Positions 52,101 through 64,000 of a DNA stretch of 64,000 nt are shown here, piece by piece. Below the pieces are notes generated by a model. It ran no database searches, was not told where the DNA came from, and worked only from the letters and a program-made list of their open reading frames with translations. The DNA is from Dimorphilus gyrociliatus (Eukaryota > Animalia > Annelida). The stretch spans positions 124,001 to 188,000 of the forward strand of contig CAJFCJ010000013.1 in the NCBI GenBank assembly GCA_904063045.1, in the 5' to 3' direction. Both the position numbers and the translations under genes were made by a program. Each line of letters starts with the position of its first letter. The first letter of the stretch is position 1.

Positions 52101-55100
52101 CTTTCGTGCACCCGCGTGGTGTTCCAGGCATTTTATATTCGATGTAATAACATTGTTATTATTATTACTATTATTACTACTGTGATCATTATCAGTGACT
52201 ATCTTTTCAGTTAAAATGACAGACAATAATATCATATTTGTTCTGTATATTTACGCATAAATAGGGTCTAGTCGATGATGAAACGCTGGGAAATACGTGT
52301 TGCGCGTTTTGCTGTGACGTCACACCGCTCATTGTGTAGTCGTCATCGATTGATGAGCGTGATTTGTCGGTGTATGCGTTTGTCGCATCGGTGCCCTTCT
52401 TTGTTTATATTTCAACGTTGTATGTTCATCCAGCGTTCGTTTTTTTTCATCTTTACTAAATATTTTATTGACTTTCTTGTAATTTATAAATTTATTATAC
52501 AGACCCCGTAGAAGTTCTTGAACATGTTCAACAATTACAAAGACGTGCGCAACGATCTAGTGAATTGGAACTTGAAAATAATCAACTCAGAGACACATTG
52601 AATGAATATAATAATGAATTCGCGCAAGTGAAAAATCAAGGTAAGACAGATTGTATTATATCAAAATTATAGTATGACTAATGAGATCAATGTTCGAAAG
52701 ATATTATTTATATAAGGTGAATGCATTTACATTTCATTGTTTCTCTTACTCTTCGAAATTAAATTGATTTGTAAATGATATGATAGGGCCAAAGGGTAAA
52801 TAATCTAATCAATTTATTTGAATTTACTAAACAAAAGCTTTTTTTGATTAAAGTAAAGTAGTTTTGATATTGATTATAGTGGCAAAGGAGCATATGTAAA
52901 CAATACATAAAGTATATATACATATATAATATATTTATAATTTCTCCTTACCCAAAGTAGTAGGTTATCTTTAGGAACCAAGTCATGGCATGTCTAGCAA
53001 TTATCGTAAATGACGCTCGCAATTTTTAACTAGCCCCATTTACGATCACATGCTACTGACACGTCGCATCTCTATTCGACGTTCACTTGAATTTAGAGAG
53101 AATCAAAGGTAAACATCTTAGGAGAATTACAAAAATTAATCACCGACTCTTACGAGAAGACTTATTAATTGAAATTTAGCGCGTAATACCTAGTCAGCGG
53201 CAGCGTAACAGTATAAATTGGGTATTAATAGAGTTAACGGTTGCAGTCTGACACAATTGCTTAGGAGTGGTAGTCAACCACCCTTGTAACAGTTAATCCT
53301 CGTTGAAACTAAGTAAACAATTCCGCTTTCCACAGAGGTTACGATCAAATCGTTGAAAGAAAAGGTTCGTTCTCTAGAGGAGGAAATGGAATCGAAAGTC
53401 TGTAACCAATTAAAGGAGAGAGAACGGCAGCTGGAGCGTTCGTTTGCTGAGAAAGAGCGTGAGATACAAGACAGTAATTTAGACGTGGCACGAAGATTGG
53501 GCGAAGCTGAAAGGACGATAGAAACGCTTCGATCCGCTCTTAGTCAGGCTCAATCTGAGCTATTCGACGTCAAGAGTAAATACGACGAACGTGCAAATGC
53601 CAAGTTAGTACCTTATTCTATTTAAAATCCGCAAATTCAACTATTAAAATTTTTGGTGCGGCTTCTTACCTTCTCTTTGGGTCCGTTCGAATGTTTACCG
53701 TCTCATACAAATTACCTGAAATTTGACAGAAATTGCTTGTAATTTAATGCAATTTTATACGATCGCGTTCGATTTCTAGGTGAATTAAACTAGAGATGAT
53801 TGACGTAAAAATTCGGTTGAAGACTCTTACTAGCCAGTTTATTTAAGAAGCTACGAACTTTAGACGATTGGTAAATTCTTGTGGGAATTGAACGAAAAAT
53901 TTACGATATAGAAATACCATCTCTTTTACTGACATCTGCAGTTGATAGTAGGCAGGTGTAAATTTAATTAAGATCGTTTAGTATTCTTTCACCGAATTCG
54001 ATCATTCCGAGTGTGCAATACTAAACTCCTAGCCTATTTTTTGTACCCAGTAAGTCAGTAATACTTGCTCAAACACACATACTCAAATCTCTCTCTCCTC
54101 TACTCTACTTTTTCTTTTTTTCGTTGACCGTCACAAGCCTCATAAGCGGCTTATTGTCTTTGAACGGATACAATGATTACTTTTATTAATTGACTGTTGC
54201 ATTGGACACAAGACACATGCTTTGCGATTCTACCGTACAAAATGAGAAAAAAATAAATAATGAGAAAAAAACCAAGTACAGAATGGTACTATTAATATAC
54301 AACAATTAATAACAGTTGGAATAATTATATTTTAAAATAGAAATAATGCTAAATGTTTTTGCAACGAATAATATAATATAAATCATTCTTCTCTTCAATA
54401 TGTTTTCTTTCCTGCCCCTCGCCTCTTCTTTTTCTGTTATCTATTAACTCATTCTGGAAATACGGTCGAATCAATGATGCAGCACCGAAAATTTTTCAAT
54501 TTGTCAGAATTACTTATTGATTAACTATTACTGTCGATCGCGTATTTGGTGCTATGTTAATTAATGTTTTGTTTGTCTCTTAGATATATTTAACGTTTGT
54601 CTTCGATTAAGATTTATGTAAGAAAGAAAACATAAAAACAAGAGAAAATAGATAATATATATTAATAAAAGAGGAAGATTTAGGTTAGGTTTTAAATTTA
54701 GACTTTTTTCCTTAGTCATATTACGTCTAGAGTGAAGAAAAAAAATCGATTGAAAAGTCTTGATTCCGAAGAGAATGTTTCCTGATGTTTAAAAAGTAGA
54801 CATAGAATCGAAAGAAAAGATAAATAGAATAAAAACTATAACATTGCAAGAGAAAAAAAATTATGCAAAAAAATTTGTATGTTTGTATTATAGCCATACA
54901 GTTTTGTTTTGTAATTTATCTACTAAATCGTAATTTTAAATAAGCCTTTTGTTAACACATAGTAAATAATAGTAATCATAAATTTAGTTAACGGATAATC
55001 ATCTTTCAACTAAAACAAAAAAAAAAGTGAATTGCAGATTTAAGAAATTCTATATGATATTAGAACATGATAAGGTTCATCAGGGAAAACAATTTTTTTA

Positions 55101-58100
55101 CCTTGGTTTACAATTCACAAAGTTCCCAATATATTGGTTTCTGAAAGAATTTTTTTTTAGATGTTTAGATGTAGGCAATCGGAGATGCAGGTGACGGGTA
55201 AATTTTTTTTATCATAAAAAGTTCTTAGAACCTTGTAATATAATAACACAATATTAATTTTTTTTCACCACTCACAAAATTTAATCATAGCCATTGATTA
55301 AAATGAGTTTTTTTTTAACAATAAGATTATTATTAAATGTTTCTTTTCTTCGTTTTTTTTAATCAATATTATGCTGATAATATAATAATATTAATAATAA
55401 TAACAATTACAATAATAATAATAATATTAATAATAATAACAATAATAATAGTAATGATTATAATAACAACAATTGATATTATTATTATTGTTATAATTAT
55501 TAGGGCTATTGATACATTTTTGTGTTTACTTAAGCTATCTTAAATTGGTTTGTATTTTTTTTGAAGAATTTATATAATTATAAAAGAAAAGAAATATAAA
55601 GCATAAGTCAATAGATGCTTATTTAGAAAGAGAACATTTTATTTATCACTATGAATTTAATGTCTTCTCTGTTAATTAATTAATCGTAATAGGAATCTTT
55701 CATATTGGTTGACTTAAAAACTTTATGATTCTTAAAAGTCTCCTATCACTTTTTATTAACAATAATTTAGCAAACGCCAATAAATGCGTATGCAATTGCG
55801 TGTACATAATATTCTATATACTGTACACAGTATATACTGTATATATATATATATACAACTTGTGTATGGTATATACGAAAATATACTTTATATTCAGTGT
55901 ATCCTCTATATTTATATACGAAACTGATATGAAACATATTTTTAAAACGAAGTAAGAAAAATTATCTGTCTTAATAGGTGGGATAAAAGAGAGGAAATCA
56001 TTCCCTTACCTCCTCTCTTTCCTTCTCGATTCGAATGATGTATTAACAAGGTTATTTATAACGAGTGTAATCACTTTGTAGCCCCAACCAACTGCCCTTA
56101 ATCGTAAAATGTGCATTATATTGAAAAAAATTTTAATCTCTTCCTCTTCTATAACTTTTTTCCACCGTCAATCCCCACCCTTTTTAATTTACTTTCGGTA
56201 GGGACAAAAGAGCCGATGGCGAGCCTGTGCCTGGGCACTGTTGCATGATGGCGTTAAGTATTGATCGATTGGCGCGCGTACGCGTCCTAATGGTGATAGT
56301 CGCATAAGAGACGGCGCTCCGTGAGCAGACGGCTGACGCCTCGCGTCTGTTGCAGTTTACCAAGCGACTCGTTCAATTGACGGTGTTACGCGTGAATGAT
56401 CGCGCTGACAAACTGGCGCGACTCGCACCGCCTGTCGTTAAGTGGCTGTTTTGTATTTGTTGCGGACCGACCTTCTACCGGTACTGGTAGTAGTGATACC
56501 TGCGGTTGTGCTATTAGGTATTGATAGTATTTTAACTAGCGGGCGTAGTCGTCGCCATCATCTTTCGTCAATCCATCGCCCGTCTTCATACGCTCGGCGC
56601 CGATTTGACGCCTTCTATTGTCCGATTGTACTGCGAAGTTGTCGCCTTTGGCGTTCGTCTTATATTTTATGGAGTCTAGATGAATTCCATCCTACCCTTT
56701 TTCTCTTTCTGCAGGTCTGACGAGATCGAAATGCTCTTGGCGGAAGTCGACAGGGCAACAGAGGTACGTTACTGTCTTATTTACATTACTTTATTTTCCA
56801 TTTGCTTTGAAATGTTTTTCTCATTTATCGATCATTTTTTCCAAAATAGAAAGCCGCTGCTGGTGAGAAAGAAGTGGAACAACTAAAAGCTCAGCTGGAG
56901 ACTCTTACTCAGAATTTGTCCCAAGCCGAACAAAAGAATACAGCACCTAATGTGGATCAGGCTATGAACAATTTAAAAAATTCTTCGCTTGAAGTTGAAT
57001 TGGCATCGAAAGATCGGGAATATCAGCAGTTAATCGAGGAATATCAGCGTCTGCAAAGGACGCACACTCGATCTAAGGAAGAGGACAATAGCCGTATTAA
57101 TCGTCTCGAAGAAGAATTGGAGAGTGCTAAAGAGAAGATCGACCAATTAGAAAAGAGATTGTCGGAACAGGCCGACTACGAAGAGCTGAAGAGAGAATTG
57201 GCTGTGATCAAATCTATACAATTGGGTGCAGCTTCCGAGAGAGCTAAACCGTTAGAGGTACTCGTTCTCGAGAAGAACAAGCAACTGCAGTCGGAATTGA
57301 CGCAGCAGAAGAATGCCAACGCTGAATTGGCAGGTGAGTGACTAGTCTTTTTATGTCGTTATTTTTTTCCTGCTTTTGCTCTTCTGCTTTATCGCCTCCT
57401 TCACGCTGAATTTGAGTTGCTTTAAAAAATTTTCCATCCTTTCCCTTCGTATTTTCTGTAATTTTACTTGTTTTTTTTCTACCTTTTCTTGTCCCTATTT
57501 AAATGAATTATTACTTAAAGGAACTCAAATTCAGCTTCAAATAATTGATTATATATACATTATCGTATATACTTCTCGTTTATTGGCACGCTTCCATTCC
57601 CACTAATTTAATCAGTAATAGTTATTTTTATTTAGTAAATATTAGCACTAGTGGTAGTATTAGTGGTAGTAAATACTATTTACCTTTTATTGCCCGCATC
57701 TTTTAACCATTCACCACTCCCTATTTTATTTGTATTTATTATACAGACCGTTGTTTTAAAAATCAAAGCTCGTACTTGTTAACAAGAAAAATCGCCTTCC
57801 AAGGCCGTTTAGCCTTTCAGCACTTCATATAGTGAATATATTTAGGATCGAAGTACCGGGTTGGAATAGAATAAATTAATTGTATTAAAATTAATTTTGC
57901 TATTACGTAATAGATTACTATTTTATGTAAATAATTTAAGTTCTTCCAACTCGATTTGATCCTTTAGATTTGCTATATATATATATATATATATATATAG
58001 ATTTATGTATAATTTCATAAGCCAGTTATTTTGACTGAAAAAGCATGATACGTCATTAATTTATATATTTGATTTATTTACAAAAATCAGGAAACTAGTA

Positions 58101-61100
58101 CGAACGTATAAGATTTATGTTTATTTAAATAAATATATATCTGTATATATATATATATATCTGTATATATATATATATATATCTGTATATATATATATAT
58201 ATATCTGTATATATATATATATATATTTATATTTTGCTACTACCTGCCCGCGCATTGAAAAGACTTCTTAAAAGTTTACTTGCATCTAACAACAAAGCTA
58301 CACCAATTATCATTTTCTTTCCCTTTATATACTATTCCTTTAAAACTATAAGAAAAGGGGCTATTAAATTAAATTATTAATATTTATACATTTATTTAAT
58401 ATCTTAATATTTATATATATATGCATATATATTCAGATGTCATAAGATTCTATTTACATGTATCATCTATATGTATATATATCTAAAAGTATATATTTAT
58501 ATTTAATACTACCATTCAGGCTTAATTAACTACTCTAAAAGAAAACGCTTAACAATTTGAATGCGCATTTGAACAAAAGTATTCAATACAAGCAAATAAT
58601 TAAATTCTCCGAAATACAATTATAAACTTAATAATTATAGACAATTTTAAAATTAATAAACGATTAATAATTATTCTTTGGAAAATATAAGAATTAAAAT
58701 TGCTTACTGCTAATCAACTATTTCTCTATTATCTTAACTATTATTGCATATACATATATATATATATTTTAAACAGATTTATATAAATGTATATTTATTC
58801 GTACTTGTGTATATACCACTTTTTCATGGTTTTTTATTTTGCTCTCTTTCTCTTTATTTTTTTCTCCATGTAAAAATTCTTTAGAAATAAGCAAAAGAAA
58901 TTGGTGTCACTCTATAGTGAGATATATTTAGTCAGCACATCCCGGAATGAACCAATCACGTAATAGGCAATTTTCGTGCTATATCGAACGGAAGCGACAA
59001 AAATCATCGTTATTAGCGTTTTCTAAGAATATTTTTTCTTCTCTCTTTGGTTTGCAGTTCTCGACGTATTTTATTTATATTATATATATATTATATTTAT
59101 ATTCATATTGGTATTCATATTATTTATTCCGAAAACAAAACAAAAAAGCCATAAAAATGACAAAAATCAATTGAATTTATGAAGATACAAGTCCTTTCTC
59201 TCCCCGTCCAATTCCTTACATTCCGTTCGAAAAGAAGAGGATATATTTGTGTCGGTGCAATATCGGTGTACATCATGGGGAGGGCGGGTTATGGCGCGCG
59301 GCATGTAGTAGGCGTATTATTGTGTGCTTTTATTGGCTGTTTTTTTTCCTTTTTCCTCGTTTATAAACATTAATATATACATCATAATGTATATGTCTAT
59401 GGGTATAAACGCTTGTGGTGATGTTATATTTTCCATCGTCGTCGCCGTTGCTGTTGTTTTTTTTATTATCAGTACGAGCGTGCTTTTTTATAGACTAAAA
59501 GTAATAATAATAACGTACTTTTCTACTAAAATTTAATAAGATGATAGTTAAATATTAAATTTACACAAGCATATATTTTATTCTGAACTTGATAAAATTT
59601 AAACAATTTATATATATATATATATATATAAAATAAGGAATATACTGTATAAATAGTATGTATATTAACAGAAAGATAAAAAAGAATATGTTTGTGTACT
59701 TTATAAATAAAGTAGTGATTTTCTTTCATACGGTAGATAAATTAGTGGCGATTAAAACTCGTTCGTGCGGATAACAGTTGTTTTTAAATCAATTTGAGGT
59801 AGCGACGTAATCCGTGATTTGTTTACGTTTCTAATCTATGCTCGGGCGTTATAAATATATATTTTTGACGGTCGCGCGCCATTCACAGACCCCTCGTCCT
59901 CGACGGCACAAATCAAAGCCGAACGGCCACCATCCAACTCTTCAACAGCGTCCTCTTCTTCGGCAGCCTTCCTAATGAATTCAGGAGTAAAGAAAGAGTC
60001 ATCGACAAGTCAACACCAAACACCTCCGGCCGCTGTTGCACCGCAAGCGGTCGTCTCTCAGCTAAACGGCTTCTTCCCCCCTCCGGTCTCATCTCTGGCG
60101 CCAGCCGCCCTAGTTCCGCCCGCTCACCATCCAGCGGCAGCCCTATTTTTTTCCCCTCACCTACCTCCGCTCTTGCCGCCTACTCATTTCGGATCGATTG
60201 CACCAGCTCTACTGCACGATCATTTACTACGGCCTCCAACTCCGCCAACCTCCGTGCCGTCGACGGCTCCACCGCCGTCCCAATCGCCTCCTAATGACGC
60301 CCTCGATACGGCCGACGTGGCGCAAAAAATTAGAGAAATACTCTCTACACACAATATCGGCCAGAGGTTATTCGCTAAGCACGTACTAGGACTGTCTCAG
60401 GGTACGGTTAGTGAATTGCTGTCGAAGCCGAAGCACTGGGACAAATTGACAGAAAAGGGCAGGGAAAGTTATAGAAAGATGCACGCTTGGGCTGCTAGTG
60501 AGAAAAACGTTGTAGAACTGAAGGCTATTTCTCCAAAGAAAGGTATTGGAAAAACAATCAGTTGCAATTCCTTATCGTTCTCTTCTAATACTGTAGTTCC
60601 GGCAGGTTCCTCACCTATGATGTCGAACTATCGGAGCGAAGATGCTGCAACAGAGGAGAGAATTCAAAAAATTTTGTCTGAGGCGCATCATGCAATGCAG
60701 GCGAAGCATTCGCAGGAGAAAGAACAATGGAATCGTTCAATAGTTAGTTCTATATACGAACAAGAATTAGCCAAATTGGGCGAGAATGGGAAAATAACAA
60801 ATGGTGTTAACTCGTTATCCGGCCAGCAATACGACGCTGGTGAATTTACAGAGCAACTTGTCCAAAGAATTTATCAGGAACAATTAGAAAAGATGATAGC
60901 TCACGCTCGAAAGAGTGGAAATGTGGCCCAATTGAATATGTACCAAGCAGAATTACTAAAAGTAGCCCAACAAGTTCACGCGAAAGGCAACAGTCCTCAC
61001 GAGGATAATAAAGAGAATTTAACGGATACAAAAGATGAACCAACTGATCTGAGTATCAAAAAGAAGGAGGAAACTCTCGCCGATTCTTCTCCAGCTGAAC

Positions 61101-62572
61101 GTCAGTCAGCTTTTTCAATAGTACGTCCGGAGAGCTGCCAAAGCAACGATTCATCTTCTCACAACGCCATGTCTCCTTTACAGAGAATGCAAAATATTGC
61201 CAATTCACTGATGAATAAAGGCCCAAACCAAGGCGGTACTGGAGGGCGACCCTTAAAAGCCGTACTGCCACCAATAACTCAGGAACAGTTCGATAAGTAC
61301 TCGCATATCGGTACGGACGAGTTAGTAAAGTGCGTCAAAGAGACTCTTAGTCAATTCTCGATCAGCCAAAGACTTTTTGGTGAAAACATACTCGGCTTAT
61401 CTCAAGGATCCGTTTCGGATTTGTTAGCAAGACCGAAACCTTGGCATATGCTAACACAAAAAGGACGAGAGCCATTTATCAGAATGCAGATGTTCTTAGA
61501 GGACACAGAATCCATATCAAAGTTGGTAGCCAGCCAGTATAGAGTTCCGCCTGAGAAACTATTGAGAGGGTCAATGGGTGACGAACCACCACCACCGCCA
61601 CCGCCACCACCCCCTCCCCAGAGTACCTCGTCCCCTGCAGAATCCGATTACAGACAGTCGTCCTCTTCGGTTGCCGATAGTGAATTGGATACTTTAGCCA
61701 TTACTTCGAAGGTGAAAGAGGTATTAACGGCCAACAATTTAGGTCAGAAACTATTTGGTGAAGCTATTTTAGGCTTGTCACAAGGTTCAGTTAGCGAACT
61801 ACTATCGAAACCAAAACCGTGGTCAATGTTGAGTCACAAAGGGAGAGAACCATTTATAAAGATGCATATGTGGCTTCAAGATCCTGCAAAATTTGACCGA
61901 CTTCGCCTCTATCAGTCGGAAACCCCAGCGGGCAAAAATAGTCGAAAGCGTAAACATCAATCTGCGATCATCTCATCGAATAGCAACTGCTGTGACAATA
62001 GCGCTTCATCTTCTGATAATCAGAAAAGACCGAGAGTATTCTTTACTGAACAACAAAAGGAAACTTTGCGCAATGCTTACGCTTCCGATCCTTATCCAAG
62101 TCAAAATGTTATCGAAAATCTGGCAAATCAATTAAACGTGGGTCAAAAGACTATCGTTAATTGGTTCCACAATCATAGAATGAGAGCTAAACAACAGCAA
62201 CACTCAGTATCTAGTCCCGCGTCATCTGTGTCTTCATCAGCTAGAACAGCTGCCGTCGATAGTGACGACGCTCCAAGCCCAGCCTCAACTGCTAGTTCGT
62301 CGGCTGGTGCTCTTACAAGGCCTTTAAATGACGCAGCTCAATGGCTATTTCCAGATTTCATGCCCGTAAAAGCAGAAAAAGCTGAAGAGGAGGAGGAAAT
62401 TGACGAAGAATCTTCAAATATGAACGTCACCGTTACAAAATCCAACAAGAGAAAGGCTGCAAAGCCCAAGCGTGTCTACGAGCGAGCAGAGCCAGAAAGA
62501 AATGGTGAGAGTTGGGATGATGAAGACGACGTGGGCTCCACATCTGGTCTCACCGTTGTTGCTGCATGCTAA
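46107..62572 (+). CDS. cux: Cut-like homeobox transcription factor (CASP-type coiled coil, 3 CUT domains, homeodomain), ~1290-1305 aa. Exons 46107-46163, 49106-49216, 51146-51272, 52503-52640, 53336-53603, 56715-56763, 56850-57333, 59889-62572
   Basis: N-terminus [19 protein letters not shown]|[11 protein letters not shown]...[15 protein letters not shown]|DPV...[17 protein letters not shown] matches the CUX1/CASP shared region. Three GLSQG(T/S)VS(E/D)LL(S/A)(K/R)PK.W CUT repeats; homeodomain [16 protein letters not shown]...NWFHNHRMR. The spliced length of 3918 nt is in frame. Confidence 0.96.
55378..55500. repeat. Imperfect (ATA/ATT)n trinucleotide tract in Cux intron 5; source of spurious Ile-rich ORF 55337-55543
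   Basis: Visible ATAATAATA periodicity. Confidence 0.85.
58132..58228. repeat. (AT)n tract punctuated by CTGT four times (higher-order microsatellite)
   Basis: Units of ATATAT...ATCTGT repeated in Cux intron 7. Confidence 0.85.
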
Positions 62573-63310
62573 AAATATGAAATGTAAGAAAGAGCGGAGG
62601 AGGAGGAGAGGAGGAGAGGAAGAAGTAATGATAATTATGGACAAGACATAAGAAGAGGAGGTTAAGTAAAAGTTGTTTTAGGAGAACTGGAGGGAGAAAT
62701 GTGAACCACAAATGATAAAACCGAATATTTCAACTCATGCATTTACTTATTAAGGAGTAACGGTTTAAAAAAAAATGGCGTTCTATTTTCAAGACCCCAA
62801 AAACGGAGGGGAGGAAAAAGAGAAGGCATTATTCGTATTTTTTTAAAGTCAATCGTAGTCGTTCAAAACACAAAGGAAAAAGAAATGCACTGATGAAGCT
62901 CATCGTTGTGGCGCCTTGTACGATATCGTTCAAGAAAGTGTTGTTCTAATCAAGATATTTTTTTGGCTTTTTTGATAAAATTGGAATTTTGGACGGTGTT
63001 TCCCAGCTTACTAGGAACCCGCCCCCCCGCCCCCAACAAACAAAATCCCCTGCCCACTTTTATAAACCGCCCCCAACTTAAATACCCAACCCCATAAAAC
63101 TGTTTTAATCAGTTTTAGAAAACATTTATCCTTGAAAAGTTTTGGAAAAACAGAAAAGTTGGGTCGCGAAAAAATATTATTCTTGGCTTATTCTTATTTT
63201 TTTTTAAAGAAAATACTTCGCGATGTTTATTAATGATTTAATTTCTTCTTTGGGATTGCTATGTAATTTTTTTCATTATTTGTGTCAGTATTACCGGTAT
63301 TTTTCCTCCC

Positions 63311-63360
<50 letters not shown>

Positions 63361-64000
63361 ATATGTTTACTCTTTACGACGTCAATTTGTGACATAAAGT
63401 TTACAAAAAGGTATATATATACACGTACAGGATAATTGATATATTCATATGTATAATTTATGCGTATAGAACGCGTATAGAAAAAAAAACCTTATACATA
63501 TGTTTATATTAAAAGAAAGTTTTAAAAAAGGTTATATTTTAAACGTATAAACATGCGTTTATATTTTAAAAATTTACATATTATATATATATATATTGAG
63601 CTGGCGCTGAAAATATTTCATATTTGCTCTACGAATGGATGGAACAATGTTCTCCTTTTTACACTGCTGGTGTACGTCTGCTGTTTTAAAGTATGCGTGC
63701 CTTCTTAATTGTTGTTAAACAGATAAAACGTTACACGTTACATATATATTATGTATTTATATAATTTATTCGTAACAAACCATTTATTTTCCTTTGAACG
63801 TTTTTTATAGCCAAAAAAAACAAACAAAACAAATGTAACAAACGTTTCAGATATTTTTGAAGGTTAAAACGATGTCGAAGTTGATGATTTCTTACAAACA
63901 GAAAGGGCAACAGCTATTTAAAAAAAAAAAGAAGAAAAAGCAATCATTACGACAATAAAGATAATTATCTCTCTTTTTGGGACCAGATTTAAATGATAAA

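Noticed and set aside
51871-52131. 86-aa minus-strand ORF nested in Cux intron 3
   Set aside because: No family similarity or splice chain, and the opposite strand is also open, as expected in GC-richer regulatory DNA.

Overview
AT-rich, microsatellite-rich genomic DNA from an invertebrate animal with a compact genome (most introns about 50-200 nt). The Cux sequence looks protostome-like; the species cannot be determined from sequence alone. All gene models were built by hand from splice sites and reading-frame continuity, and family calls rest on recalled consensus motifs, not database searches. Left to right: (1) the 3' part of SANBR/KIAA1841 (+); (2) a small Sushi-domain single-pass membrane gene (-) that the ORF track misses; (3) two tandem collagen-like genes, each with a signal peptide and a C-terminal transmembrane helix, i.e. 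type I topology (+); (4) a ~21-kb island (9-30 kb) of genes I cannot assign, including an intron-containing THAP + ISL2EU/Harbinger-type transposase-fold gene lacking two catalytic Asp residues and followed by a decayed Ser/Gly/Asn repeat tail; (5) three tandem SEC14L2-like CRAL-TRIO/GOLD genes (-) with differing intron sets; (6) a complete Cux/cut gene (+) with a CASP-type coiled-coil N-terminus, three CUT domains and a homeodomain. No rRNA, tRNA, CRISPR array or intact mobile element was recognised. The best novelty candidates are the putatively domesticated, catalytically dead ISL2EU-type transposase, the type I membrane collagens, and the orphan island with a shared ERIxFLK motif.
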